Below are positions 31,874 to 41,914 of a stretch of 64,000 nt of DNA, one piece after another. This DNA comes from Alphaproteobacteria bacterium (lineage in GTDB: Bacteria; Pseudomonadota; Alphaproteobacteria; MPNO01). The notes under the pieces were generated by a model, which saw nothing but the letters and a program-made list of their open reading frames with translations, had not been told where the DNA came from and searched no databases. A program made the position numbers and the translations under genes. The stretch lies in the NCBI GenBank assembly GCA_965248835.1, contig CBDFLJ010000001.1, positions 1,664,001 to 1,728,000 of the forward strand. Reading direction: 5' to 3'. Each line of letters opens with the position of its first letter. Position 1 is the first letter of the stretch.

Positions 31874-33430
31874 TCAGCCTTGCGGCGGGCCGAACCCGCC
31901 GCCGCCGGGAGTCTCGAGCAAGACCTCGTCGCCCGGCTGCATCGTCATCTTGTTGGCGCTTGCCGACGGCGTGCCGTTGATCAGAAAACGGCCGGGCCGG
32001 CCGGGCTCGCCGCCCTCCAGACCCTCGGCCGGGGCGGCGAGCCGGCTGGGCACCGCGTTCAGCAGCCACGGATCCTGCGTGCGCATGCGGAAGCCGATCA
32101 CCTGGCCGTCGCCGCCGGCCGCTCGGCCGCGTCCGCCGGAGCCCGGCAGCAGCTCCTTGCGGGTGAACTGGATCGGCATCGTCGCCTCCAGCACCTCGAC
32201 CGGCACCGCGGCGACCCCGGTCGGATAGCAGGTCGCGCCCAGGCCGGGCTTTGTCATACGCGCGCCCATGCCGCCGGAATAGTTGAACATCGCACTGGTG
32301 AAGGGCGCCCCGTGCTCGTCGCGGCCCTGGATCTGGAAGGTCCACACCGCGCCGGCGCCTTCGGCGAGCACGCGCTCGGGCACCACCTGGTGCAGCGCCT
32401 TGAGGATCGGCATCGGCACGTACATCCCGACCACGTGCCGCGCGGCGACCGGCGAGGGGTACTTGGCGTTGACGATCGAGCCTTCCGGCGCGCTCACCTT
32501 GATCGGCTTCAGGCTGCCGTAGTTGTTGGGCAGATCCGGGTCCAGCGTGCTGCGCAGCGCGAACGTCGAATAGGCGTGGGTGTAGTTGAGCACCACGTTG
32601 ACGCCGTGCGGGCTCGCCTCGGAGCTTCCGGCGAAGTCGACCAGGATCTCGCCCGCCTCGGCATCGATGCTGAGGGCGCATTTGAGCACGATCTCCGCCC
32701 CGCCGGGGATGTCGAATCGGCTCTGGCCGTGATAGGTGCCGGGCGCGAGCCTGCGGATAGACTCCCGGGTCGCGCGCTCGGACCGGGCGATGATCTCTCG
32801 CGAAAGCTCGTCGATGTCCGCCAGGCCGTGGCGGTCGCACAACAGCGCCAGCCGCGCCGCACCGACCTTGCCGCTGGAGACCTGCGCCGCCAGATCGCCC
32901 AGCACCTCCCCGGGCGTGCGCACGTTGTGGCGGATGATGTCGAACAACAGCGCGTTCGGCTCGCCTGCCTCGTAAAGCTTGGCGCGCGGGATCCACAGCC
33001 CTTCCTCGTGGACGTCGCGCGCCCCGGCGCCGACGCCGTAGCCGCCGATGTCGGTGTGGTGGACGGTCGAGCCGAAAAACGCGATCACCCGCCCACCGCG
33101 AAAGACCGGCGTCAGCACCGAGATGTCGAAGAAGTGCCCGGCCGACAGCCACGGGTCGTTGGTCACCAGCACATCGCCCGGCACCAGCGTATCGGGCGGA
33201 AAAGTCTCGACGAAATGGGCGCCCGCCGCGGCCAGGGTGTTGATATGCCCCGGCGTGCCGGTCACCGCCTGGGCGATCATCCGCCCGTCCCGGTCGAGCA
33301 GCGCGCAGGCCAGGTCGCCCGCCTCGCGCACGACGGGGCTGAAGGCGATGCGCTGCAGCGCACGCGCCTGCTCGGAGACCGCGCTGATCAGGTTGGACCA
33401 CAGGATCTCCAGCGCGATTCCGTCCATCAT
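31874..33430 (-). CDS. Hydantoinase B/oxoprolinase subunit
   Basis: AFSPVVREAGD, NDPW...GHFFD, HHTDIGG, EEGL.IP, TPGGGGFG. Confidence 0.92.
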   Translation of the reverse strand: MMDGIALEILWSNLISAVSEQARALQRIAFSPVVREAGDLACALLDRDGRMIAQAVTGTPGHINTLAAAGAHFVETFPPDTLVPGDVLVTNDPWLSAGHFFDISVLTPVFRGGRVIAFFGSTVHHTDIGGYGVGAGARDVHEEGLWIPRAKLYEAGEPNALLFDIIRHNVRTPGEVLGDLAAQVSSGKVGAARLALLCDRHGLADIDELSREIIARSERATRESIRRLAPGTYHGQSRFDIPGGAEIVLKCALSIDAEAGEILVDFAGSSEASPHGVNVVLNYTHAYSTFALRSTLDPDLPNNYGSLKPIKVSAPEGSIVNAKYPSPVAARHVVGMYVPMPILKALHQVVPERVLAEGAGAVWTFQIQGRDEHGAPFTSAMFNYSGGMGARMTKPGLGATCYPTGVAAVPVEVLEATMPIQFTRKELLPGSGGRGRAAGGDGQVIGFRMRTQDPWLLNAVPSRLAAPAEGLEGGEPGRPGRFLINGTPSASANKMTMQPGDEVLLETPGGGGFGPPQG

Positions 33431-35496
33431 CCAGCCTTCCGGGTCGCGGTGATGCACCCGTCCTCGCCGACTGCTGCATGCCAGCCGGCCATCACGAAGA
33501 TCGTCGTCTCCCGTTCCTCGATTATGACGGGCCCGGCAAGCGCTTGTCCCGCCGAAAGCGCGGACCGGTCATAGACCGGCACCGGATCGGTCGTGGTGCC
33601 GAGATGGACCGGCCGCGCACCCTTGGGCGCGCCAGGGTGCGGGGCCAACACCGGGGCGGTCTCGCGGGCGATCTCGGGGCCGTGTGCGCTGACCCTCCAG
33701 GCGACGACCTCGATCGCGACATCGGGCAAGGTGAGCCCGTAGGTCGCCCGGTAGGCCGCCTCGAAGGCCGCGCGCAGATGCGCCTCGTCGCGCGATCGGG
33801 CCGGGTCTGCCTCCAGCGCGACCGTCACCTCGTTCTGCTGTCCGGCATAGCGCATGTCCGCGCCGAAGCTGAACCGCACCCGCCCGTCCGGGCAGCCGGC
33901 CTCGACCAGGGCTGCGCGCGCCTCGGCGCACATCGCCGCGATCGCCGATTCGGCCCGGTCCCAATCGATGGCGCCCGCCATGCCCCTGGCGAGGTCGTAG
34001 CGCAGCGGCGTGATCAGGGTTCCGAAGGCCGAAAGGACGCTCGCCAGCGGCGGGAAGATCACCGTGCTTCCGTCCAGCAGCTCGGCGACGAAGCAGGCAT
34101 GGGCTGGGCCCGCGCCGCCGAAAGCCAGGACGGGCAGCCCGCGATAGTCGAGCCCGCGGTCGGCGGCATGGGCGCGGGCGGCCGCGGCCATCGATTCGCC
34201 GACCACCTGGAAGATGCCGCGCGCGGCCTCGGTGACCGACACCCCCAGCCGCTCCGCCACCGCGCCCACCGCGCAGGTCGCCGCGGCGACATCGAGCGCC
34301 ATCTCCCCGCCGAGAAAATTTCCGGCATCGAGCAGGCCCAGAAGCAGGTCGGCATCGGTCACCGTCGCCGCCGTCCCGCCGCGCCCGTAGCAGGCCGGTC
34401 CGGGCTCGGAGCCGGCGCTCTCGGGGCCGATTTTCATCAGGCCCAGCGGGTCCACCGTGGCAATCGAGCCGCCGCCGGCGCCGATCTCGATCAGGTCGAT
34501 CGCCGGGATGATCACCGGCATGCCCGAGCCCGCCTTGAAGCGGTACATGCGGTCGACCTCGAACAGGCCGGTGACGCTGGGCCTGCGGTCCTCGATCAGG
34601 CAGGCCTTGGCGGTCGTGCCGCCCATGTCGAAGGACATCAGCCGGTCGAGCCCGAGGCGCTCGGCGAAATGGCTGGCGACCAGGGCGCCGGCGGCCGGAC
34701 CGGATTCGACCATGCGGACCGGGAAGCGGCCGGCGGTGTCGGTGCCCAGAACGCCGCCGTTGCTCATCATGATCAGCGGTGCGCCGGGGAAACCGCGCTC
34801 GGCCAGCGCCCGGGTCAGGCGCAGCAGGTAGGGCGCGGTGATCGGCCGCGTGTAGGCGTTGAGGACCGTCGTCGCCGCCCGCGGGTACTCGCGGATCTGC
34901 GGTGCGACCTCGCTGGACAGCGAGACGTAGAGGTCCCCTGCGTGGCGGCTCAGCACCGCGCGCACGGCACGTTCGTTGGCGCCGTTGACATAGGCGTTCA
35001 GCAGGCACACCGCGACCGATACGATGCCGGCCTCGCTCAGCCTCGCGGCGAGCGCCTCTATCTGGGCCGCATCGACCGCCTGGTGGATGCGGCCATCGGC
35101 CAGCACCCGCTCGGCGATGCCGAATGTGCGGGCGCGCGGCACCAACGGCTCGGCATACTCGATCTGCGGGTCGAACATGTCGTAGCGGTGCTCGTCGCGG
35201 ATATAGAGCACGTCGCGGAAGCCTTCCGTGACCAGGAGCGCGGTCTTCGGTCCGCGGCGCTGAATGACCGTGTTGGTGACCACCGTCGTTGCATGGACGA
35301 TCACGTCATCGACGGCGCCCGGTGCGATCCCGGCCCTTGCCATCACGCCGTCGACCGCGGCGAAGAAGCCGTCCAGGAGATCGGCATAGGTCGTCAGCGT
35401 CTTGTCCGACCATGTCCGGCCGTCGGCATGGCGCAGCACGACATCGGTGAACGTGCCGCCGATATCGACGGCAAAGGAATAGCCGGTCGCTGTCAT
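33427..35496 (-). CDS. Hydantoinase A/oxoprolinase ATP-binding subunit
   Basis: AVDIGGTFTD, ESGPAAG, DMGGTTAK, GAGGGSI, PGPACYG, FGGAGP. Confidence 0.92.
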   Translation of the reverse strand: MTATGYSFAVDIGGTFTDVVLRHADGRTWSDKTLTTYADLLDGFFAAVDGVMARAGIAPGAVDDVIVHATTVVTNTVIQRRGPKTALLVTEGFRDVLYIRDEHRYDMFDPQIEYAEPLVPRARTFGIAERVLADGRIHQAVDAAQIEALAARLSEAGIVSVAVCLLNAYVNGANERAVRAVLSRHAGDLYVSLSSEVAPQIREYPRAATTVLNAYTRPITAPYLLRLTRALAERGFPGAPLIMMSNGGVLGTDTAGRFPVRMVESGPAAGALVASHFAERLGLDRLMSFDMGGTTAKACLIEDRRPSVTGLFEVDRMYRFKAGSGMPVIIPAIDLIEIGAGGGSIATVDPLGLMKIGPESAGSEPGPACYGRGGTAATVTDADLLLGLLDAGNFLGGEMALDVAAATCAVGAVAERLGVSVTEAARGIFQVVGESMAAAARAHAADRGLDYRGLPVLAFGGAGPAHACFVAELLDGSTVIFPPLASVLSAFGTLITPLRYDLARGMAGAIDWDRAESAIAAMCAEARAALVEAGCPDGRVRFSFGADMRYAGQQNEVTVALEADPARSRDEAHLRAAFEAAYRATYGLTLPDVAIEVVAWRVSAHGPEIARETAPVLAPHPGAPKGARPVHLGTTTDPVPVYDRSALSAGQALAGPVIIEERETTIFVMAGWHAAVGEDGCITATRKAG

Positions 35497-35531
35497 CGAT
35501 GCCGTATTCTCCGGAGCGTGCTGACAGGCGC

Positions 35532-35807
35532 TCACCCGCCGATGGCGGCAAGCGCGAGCGCGCCGTCGTCGCGCTCTTCGTTGTCGCGCAGCCGCCGGCC
35601 GATGATGTGATCCCGCTCGCCCTGGTCCATCGCCTCGAAGCGGTCGAAATCGTGCCCCCATTGCTGGACGGCAACGAAGCTCGATTCGTCGAGGCCCGCG
35701 AGCAGGCCCAACGTGTCCGCTTCCGCCCGGTCGGGGATCGCGGTGAATTCGAGATAGCGGCCAAGGCTTGCCCGGGGTGCCTGGATTCCGGGCTGGGGCG
35801 TGCTCAT
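35532..35807 (-). pseudogene. Internally deleted Dyp-type peroxidase relic (91-codon open frame)
   Basis: DyP-like N-terminus MSTPQPGI...RYLEF, central GLD.SSFVAVQQW.HD...IIGRR..DNEE and C-terminal DG.L.L.AIG; GxxDG, proximal His and distal Arg segments are missing. Confidence 0.7.
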
Positions 35808-37582
35808 GGTGAACCGCCGTCGCGGCTGATGTGACGGCGTCTTGCTGCGGTCGCCTGGAGATCGAGCGTGCCGTCCTCGCCGGTGATCACGCCGTAGACC
35901 GCTTCGGCCTGTGCCGCGGAGACATAGCCCGCGGCGACATCGGCGGCGACGCGCGCCGGATCGCGCGCGTGCGGCGGGCCGAAGCCGCCGCCGCCGCCGG
36001 TCCTGAGGCGGAACCGGTCGCCCGCCTTGAGCGTTGCCATTCCCTTGAGGATGCGAAAGGGTTCGCCCTCGGCCGGCTCGATGACCGCCTCTGCGGACAT
36101 CCCATCGCCGCCGCCGTCGATCCCCCAGGGCGGGCACGCGGTCCGGTCGATCTGGATGCTGAGCCCGGACTCGGCAAGGACGCGGACCACCTTCTCGGTG
36201 CCGAAGCCGCCGCGGTTGGTGCCCACGCCCGCCGAATCGGGGCGGATCGCGATCGATTCGATGTGCAGCGGACACAGCGCCTCCTGGACCTCGACCGGCA
36301 CGTCCAACGTGTCGCCGTGGGCCATGGTCTTGTACGGCCCGGCGCCGTCGGCTGCGGCGGTCGCCCCCCAGCCGCCGTGGCCGGTATCGAGCTGCTGGTA
36401 GAGCTCGCCCGTCGCCGGGTCGGTGCCGTAGAACCAGTGCGCCGAGAACGAGGCATGGTGCCCGCCCGAGGCGACCGAAGGCTCGGCCTGGCCGACCGCG
36501 CGCAGGATGGTGTCGATCACCGTCGGCAGGGTGGCGCTGTAAAGCCCCATCGGCGCGGTCGGCCCGGCGCTCAGGAACGTGCCGTCGGGGATGACGATCT
36601 CCAGCGGCCGGAAGCAGCCCTCGTTCGCCGGCTCGTCCGGCGCTGTCAGGATCTTGAAGGCGATGCGCGCGGCGGGGTACGCGCCGCCGTAGATGCCGGA
36701 ATTGAGCGGCCCCCTGAGCCGTTTGCCCAGACCGGAGAAATCAACGGTCATCGCATCGCCTTCGATCCGGACCTCGACGGCCACCGGCACCGGTTTGTCG
36801 CCGTCCACCCCGTCATTGTCGAGGAAGGACTCGGCCCGCCAGACGCCGTCGGGCAGCGCGCTGACCGCCGATCGCGCCAGCGCCTCGGACTGGTCCCAGA
36901 TGGCGGCGACCGCCGCGCGCACGGTGTCCGTACCATAGCGCGCGAGCAGGTCGTTCACCTTGTCGCGGCCGGCAAGCGTGCCGGCGAGCTGCGCATCGAT
37001 GTCGCCCAGCACCATGGTCGGGAACCGGGTGTTGTATTCGATGATCCGGTAGAGCTCGTCGTTGCGCACGCCCTGCTGCCACAGCTTCACCGTGCGGAAC
37101 TGGATGCCCTCCTGGAAGATCTCCGTGGCGTCGGATGCGCTGCACGAGCCCACCGAACTGCCGCCAACATCGATCCAATGGACCAGCACGCACATGAAAC
37201 CGAACAGCGTATCGGCGCCGGGACCCGCGAAGACCGGCGTGTACATCACCACGTTGTTGAGGTGCTGGCCGAGGGTGCCGGCATGGTTGGAGATGATCAC
37301 GTCGCCTTCGCGGATGTTGTCGCGGCCGTAGATCTCCAAGCCGTCGCGCACCGCGACACCCAGCGCGTTGGCGACGAAGATCGGGATCGAGCCGGTGCCC
37401 TGGGCGACCAGCCTGCCTTCGGGATCCACCAGGCCGGTGGCGAAGTCCTTGTACTCGTAGACCAGCGGGCTGAATGCCGTGCGGGTGATGTTGGCGTCGA
37501 TCTCGTTGGGGATCGCGACCAGCGCGTGGTGGATGATCTCCAGAGTGATCGGATCGACGGCGGTGGATGCGGGCATGTCCAT
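35804..37582 (-). CDS. Hydantoinase B/oxoprolinase subunit
   Basis: DPITLEII, TAFSPLVYEYKDF, QHLNN, HWIDVGG, EIFQEG, GGGGGFG. Confidence 0.92.
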   Translation of the reverse strand: MDMPASTAVDPITLEIIHHALVAIPNEIDANITRTAFSPLVYEYKDFATGLVDPEGRLVAQGTGSIPIFVANALGVAVRDGLEIYGRDNIREGDVIISNHAGTLGQHLNNVVMYTPVFAGPGADTLFGFMCVLVHWIDVGGSSVGSCSASDATEIFQEGIQFRTVKLWQQGVRNDELYRIIEYNTRFPTMVLGDIDAQLAGTLAGRDKVNDLLARYGTDTVRAAVAAIWDQSEALARSAVSALPDGVWRAESFLDNDGVDGDKPVPVAVEVRIEGDAMTVDFSGLGKRLRGPLNSGIYGGAYPAARIAFKILTAPDEPANEGCFRPLEIVIPDGTFLSAGPTAPMGLYSATLPTVIDTILRAVGQAEPSVASGGHHASFSAHWFYGTDPATGELYQQLDTGHGGWGATAAADGAGPYKTMAHGDTLDVPVEVQEALCPLHIESIAIRPDSAGVGTNRGGFGTEKVVRVLAESGLSIQIDRTACPPWGIDGGGDGMSAEAVIEPAEGEPFRILKGMATLKAGDRFRLRTGGGGGFGPPHARDPARVAADVAAGYVSAAQAEAVYGVITGEDGTLDLQATAARRRHISRDGGSP

Positions 37583-37584
37583 GA

Positions 37585-39636
37585 TTACTCCCCGACCGCG
37601 ATGCGGATCTCGCCAAGATCGCCGATGACGCAACGATCGCCCGGGCCGATCACCGTGGTCGCGCCGTATTCCTCGATGACCAGCGGGCCGGTCGCCGCAA
37701 ACCCCGCCGGCAGCCCGGCGCGCCGGTGGACGGGCGTCGGTGTCCAGCCACCGGCCCGGCCGAAATAGACCGGACGGGTGCGTGCGCCATCCGCGCGCGC
37801 CTCGACCGTCGGCGACAGATGGGCGAGATCGGGCTTCTGGGTGCGGGCATAGGCGCTGACATGAATGCCGACGATCTCGATCGGCGCCTTTCCGTCGGAA
37901 TGGCCGAAGCGCTTGCGGTAATAGTCCTCGAACGCCGTGCGCAGCGTTGCGGAATCGCCCATCGCGCCGGTCAGCGGCATCGTGAAGGTGTGCTTCTGGC
38001 CGCGATAGCGCATCTCGATGCTGCGGGCGAGCACGACCTCGGCGCCCTCGACCTCGCGGGCCAGGGTCTCGGCCCCGTGGCGCTCGGCATCCTCGAACGC
38101 CGCGGCGACACGGCCGAGCGCGGCCTCGTCGAGGTCGAGGATCATCGTGCGCGCGACATCGAGCCTGGCATCGGCCAGCAGCATGCCGATCGCCGAGAAG
38201 TTGCCCGGCTCGGGCGGGATGATGACGGTGGACAGGCTGAGCTCGCGGGCCAGCGCGGCGCCGTAGATCGGCCCGCTGCCGCCGAAGACGAACAGCGCGA
38301 AGTCGCGCGGGTCGTAGCCGCGCTCGACGGTGATCTGGCGGATCGCGTTGGTCATGCGTGCGGTCGCCAGCGCGAGGATCCCGTCCGCGGTCTCGGCGGC
38401 CGGCCGGTCCGCCATGCCGAGGGGCGCGGCCACCGAGTCCGCGATCGCTGCGCGCGCGGCCTCGACATCGAGCGCGATCGCGCCGCCCAGGAACACCTCG
38501 GCGCCGATGCGCCCGAGCACCAGATTGGCATCGGTCACCGTGGGCTCGGTCCCGCCGCGGCCGAAGGCGACCGGGCCCGGGTCGGAGCCCGCGCTGCGCG
38601 GCCCGACCTGCAGCCGCCCCGCCTCGTCGATCCAGGCGATCGAGCCGCCGCCGGCGCCGACCTCCACGATATCGACCACCGAGCCGCGGATCGGGAATCC
38701 GGTCTCGTAGCCGCCGACAAAATAGGGCGAGTGGAGCGCGTACCGGCCGTCGCGGATCACCGCGCATTTGGCGGTCGTCCCGCCCATGTCGAAGGCGATC
38801 AGATCGGGCAGGCCGAGCGCCGCAGCGAACGCCCCGGCCCCGATGCAGCCGCCGACCGGCCCCGATTCGATCAGCGAGATCGGCTCCTTGAGCGTGCGCT
38901 CGACCGACAGCACGCCGCCGTTCGAGCCCATCATGTAGAGGGTCGCGCCGAACCCGGCTTCGCCGAGCCGGTCTTCCAGCCGGCGGGCGTAGCGCGCCAT
39001 GCGCGGGCCGACGACCGCGTTGGCGGCGGCCGTGCAGCAGCGCTCGTATTCGTACCATTCTCGGGTCAGCTCGGAGCCGGCGGTCACGTAGAGCCCCGGT
39101 AGCCTTGCGCGCATGATCTCCGCGATTGCCGCCTCGTGGCGGTCGTCGAGATAGCCGTTGACCAGCGAGATCGCGACGGATTCGATGCCGAGGCCGGCGA
39201 GCCGCTCGGCCAGCCGTTCGACCTCGCCCCTGTCGAGGGCGGTCAGAACCTCGCCCCGTCCGTGGATCCGCTCCTCGACCTCGAAACGCAGGTGCCTGGG
39301 GATCAGCGGCGGCGCGCGGCGGTAATCGATGCGGAACGGGTTGGTCCGGTTGCCCCGGGCAAGTTCCAGCGTGTCGCGGAATCCCTTGGTGGTGACCAGC
39401 GCGGCCCGGGCGCCCTGCCTCTGCAACAGCGTGTTGATCACCAGCGTGGTGCCGTGCTTGGCGAGAATGGCGCGCTCCAGCGCCACGCCCGCCTCGGCGA
39501 CGCAGGCCATCACGCCCTCGACCAGATCGTCATAGGTCGTCAGCGCCTTGGCATAGCCGACTGTCCCGGTTTCCAGGTCATAGGCGGCAATGTCGGTGAA
39601 CGTCCCGCCGGTGTCGACGGCAACGATCAGGGACAT
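37585..39636 (-). CDS. Hydantoinase A/oxoprolinase ATP-binding subunit
   Basis: AVDTGGTFTD, HGTT, ESGPVGG, DMGGTTAK, GAGGGSI, PGP, FGGSGP. Confidence 0.92.
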   Translation of the reverse strand: MSLIVAVDTGGTFTDIAAYDLETGTVGYAKALTTYDDLVEGVMACVAEAGVALERAILAKHGTTLVINTLLQRQGARAALVTTKGFRDTLELARGNRTNPFRIDYRRAPPLIPRHLRFEVEERIHGRGEVLTALDRGEVERLAERLAGLGIESVAISLVNGYLDDRHEAAIAEIMRARLPGLYVTAGSELTREWYEYERCCTAAANAVVGPRMARYARRLEDRLGEAGFGATLYMMGSNGGVLSVERTLKEPISLIESGPVGGCIGAGAFAAALGLPDLIAFDMGGTTAKCAVIRDGRYALHSPYFVGGYETGFPIRGSVVDIVEVGAGGGSIAWIDEAGRLQVGPRSAGSDPGPVAFGRGGTEPTVTDANLVLGRIGAEVFLGGAIALDVEAARAAIADSVAAPLGMADRPAAETADGILALATARMTNAIRQITVERGYDPRDFALFVFGGSGPIYGAALARELSLSTVIIPPEPGNFSAIGMLLADARLDVARTMILDLDEAALGRVAAAFEDAERHGAETLAREVEGAEVVLARSIEMRYRGQKHTFTMPLTGAMGDSATLRTAFEDYYRKRFGHSDGKAPIEIVGIHVSAYARTQKPDLAHLSPTVEARADGARTRPVYFGRAGGWTPTPVHRRAGLPAGFAATGPLVIEEYGATTVIGPGDRCVIGDLGEIRIAVGE

Positions 39637-39773
39637 GGATCGGCGCGGGCTTGGCTCATCGCGCGGCTATCCTAGCGCATGTTCCGGTCGGATCGAGCCT
39701 GTTCGGCGCACCGCCGGTTGGTGGCCCGGCCTGCGCGGTGCTAGCATCCGGCGCCGTCGGGGAAAGGGATGCC

Positions 39774-41912
39774 ATGGGGGCTTTGTTCGATCGCTACGCG
39801 GTGCTGCACGAGGGGCTGATCTATGACCGCGACGCCTACGACAGGCGGCCCGGCGTCGATCCGGAGCTGATCAGCCACGGGCTGGAGCCGATCACCGATC
39901 TGGAGCGCGAGGGCATGGCCGGGCTCACCGAGATCGATGTCGAGCTGTTGTTCCACAAGCTGACCGCGATCAGCGAGGAGGCGCGCGACGTCTACATGTC
40001 GCTGTCGATCTCCGAGGCGATCATGACCGGGGACATGAACTGCGGGATCTTCACTGCATCGGGCGATCCCGCGGTGGTCGCGACCGGCATCTACTTCCAC
40101 ACCATGCTGAACAACGCCCAGCTCAAATACGTCAAGAAATATTACGAGCCCAACCCGACGGTGGGGCTTGCCGAGGGCGACATCTATTTTTTCAACGACG
40201 AGCTCGGCGGCGGGGTGCACACCTTCGACATGTTCACCGCCATGCCGGTCTTTCACCAGGGCGTCCACGTCGCCTGGGTGAGTTGCGGCGGGCACCAGGG
40301 CGATTCCGGCTCGCCTGCGCCCGGCGGGTTCAACGCCAAGGCGCGCACCCGCTACGAAGAGGGGCTGCACGTCCCGATGATGCGGATCGGCGACAACTTC
40401 CGGCTCAACCAGGACATGCTGGACATGCTGGCGGGCGAGGTGCGCAACCCGTTCGTGTTCTCCGCCGATCTGCGCTCGCGGGTGGCGACGCTGTTCCAGA
40501 TGCACCGGCGCCTGATCCGCGAGATCGAGCGCCGCGGGCGCGCCCATGTCGTGGGCGGCCTGCGGATGATCCTCGACCGGGCCGAGCGGCTGGCGCGCGC
40601 CAGGCTGTCCGAGATCAACGACGGCATCTTCCGCGCGGTGATGTTCAACGACGACGACATCGGCGGCCGGCTCGGGCTGACCCGCATCCCGGTGACTCTG
40701 TTCAAGGAAGGCGACGGGCTGACGCTTCTGGTCCAGGGGGTCTCGCCGGAGAACAAGCTCGGGCCGATGCACGCGACCTGGCATCTGGTGCGTGCGGCCA
40801 GCGCGGTCTACCTGTTCTCCTACTTCTTCCGCGGGATCTCGCCCAACGCCGGGCTGCTGGAGACCTGCCGCTATCTCGTCGAAGGCCCCTCGATCGCCAA
40901 CGCAACCGACGAGCTCGCCCACGGCATGGGCACCTCGATCGCGGCCTGCGTGACCAACGGCTGTCATGTGCTGGGCTCCAAGGCGCTCTATTCGAGCCCC
41001 TACCGGATCGCGGTCCAGGCGCCGCATTCGCGCAACCAGAACGTGTTCACCTTCGCCGGCGAGAACCGCCGGGGCTACAACTCGGCCAACATCACCGGCA
41101 CCGCGAACGCCGGCGGCCAAGGCGGGCGGATCGACGGCGACGGCGAGAGCGCGGTGGGGTTCTTCTGGGGCCCGTTCACCGATGCCGGCGAGACCGAGGA
41201 CATCGACAGCCGGCTGCCCCATTTCGTGCTCAGCCGCTCGATAGACCGCAACAACCACGGCTACGGCCGCCACCGCGGCGGCGCCGCGCTCGTCGAGGTC
41301 TCGACCGCCTGCGGAGATATCGGCTGCTTCCTGAATTCCTGGGGCAGCGCCGACAAGATCAGCCACAACCCGGGCATCATGGGCGGCTATATGGGCCCGC
41401 CCAACCCGCGTATCGTGATCCAGGACACCGATGTCTTCCAAAGGACCGCAGAGGGCAAGGATGTCGACCTCAGGCTCTACCCGCTGATGACCGAGCCGAG
41501 CATTTCCGGCACCTACCGGGTCGATTCCTCCGGCCAGCCGACCGAGAAGATCAACGAGGGCGACCTGATGATCTTCAGCATGGGCGGCGGCGGCGGCTAC
41601 GGCGATGTCCTGGAGCGCGAGACCGAGGCAATCCAGCGCGACCTCGACACCGACATGATCACCACCGAGGTGGCCCGCAAGATCTACGGGGCCGCGATCG
41701 ACGCCGAGACCGGGCGGATCGACAAGGCGGCGACCGCGCGCAACCGGGCGCGCATGCGGGCCGACCGCCTGAAGAAGGCCAAGCCGTTCGACGCGTTCAT
41801 CGGGGATTGGCTCAAGCGCCGGCCCAAGGAGCATATCATCGCCTATTACGGCGATTGGCCGGAGCCGCGCGCGCCGGGCTACGACAAGTCGTTCTGGGGG
41901 CAGTTCGCCTGA
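39774..41912 (+). CDS. Hydantoinase B-family protein, acetone/acetophenone carboxylase large-subunit-like
   Basis: N-terminal extension, TGIYFH, GDIYFFND...HTFD, H.GDSG, GGGGGYGDVLER and long tail (PFDAFI.DW...YYG.W) resembling Acx/Apc subunits. Confidence 0.75.
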   Translation: MGALFDRYAVLHEGLIYDRDAYDRRPGVDPELISHGLEPITDLEREGMAGLTEIDVELLFHKLTAISEEARDVYMSLSISEAIMTGDMNCGIFTASGDPAVVATGIYFHTMLNNAQLKYVKKYYEPNPTVGLAEGDIYFFNDELGGGVHTFDMFTAMPVFHQGVHVAWVSCGGHQGDSGSPAPGGFNAKARTRYEEGLHVPMMRIGDNFRLNQDMLDMLAGEVRNPFVFSADLRSRVATLFQMHRRLIREIERRGRAHVVGGLRMILDRAERLARARLSEINDGIFRAVMFNDDDIGGRLGLTRIPVTLFKEGDGLTLLVQGVSPENKLGPMHATWHLVRAASAVYLFSYFFRGISPNAGLLETCRYLVEGPSIANATDELAHGMGTSIAACVTNGCHVLGSKALYSSPYRIAVQAPHSRNQNVFTFAGENRRGYNSANITGTANAGGQGGRIDGDGESAVGFFWGPFTDAGETEDIDSRLPHFVLSRSIDRNNHGYGRHRGGAALVEVSTACGDIGCFLNSWGSADKISHNPGIMGGYMGPPNPRIVIQDTDVFQRTAEGKDVDLRLYPLMTEPSISGTYRVDSSGQPTEKINEGDLMIFSMGGGGGYGDVLERETEAIQRDLDTDMITTEVARKIYGAAIDAETGRIDKAATARNRARMRADRLKKAKPFDAFIGDWLKRRPKEHIIAYYGDWPEPRAPGYDKSFWGQFA

Positions 41913-41914
41913 CC

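Noticed and set aside
35804-39058. 1084-aa fused oxoprolinase
   Set aside because: The first ~490 aa are an Arg-rich off-frame reading of the A subunit; A and B are separate genes.
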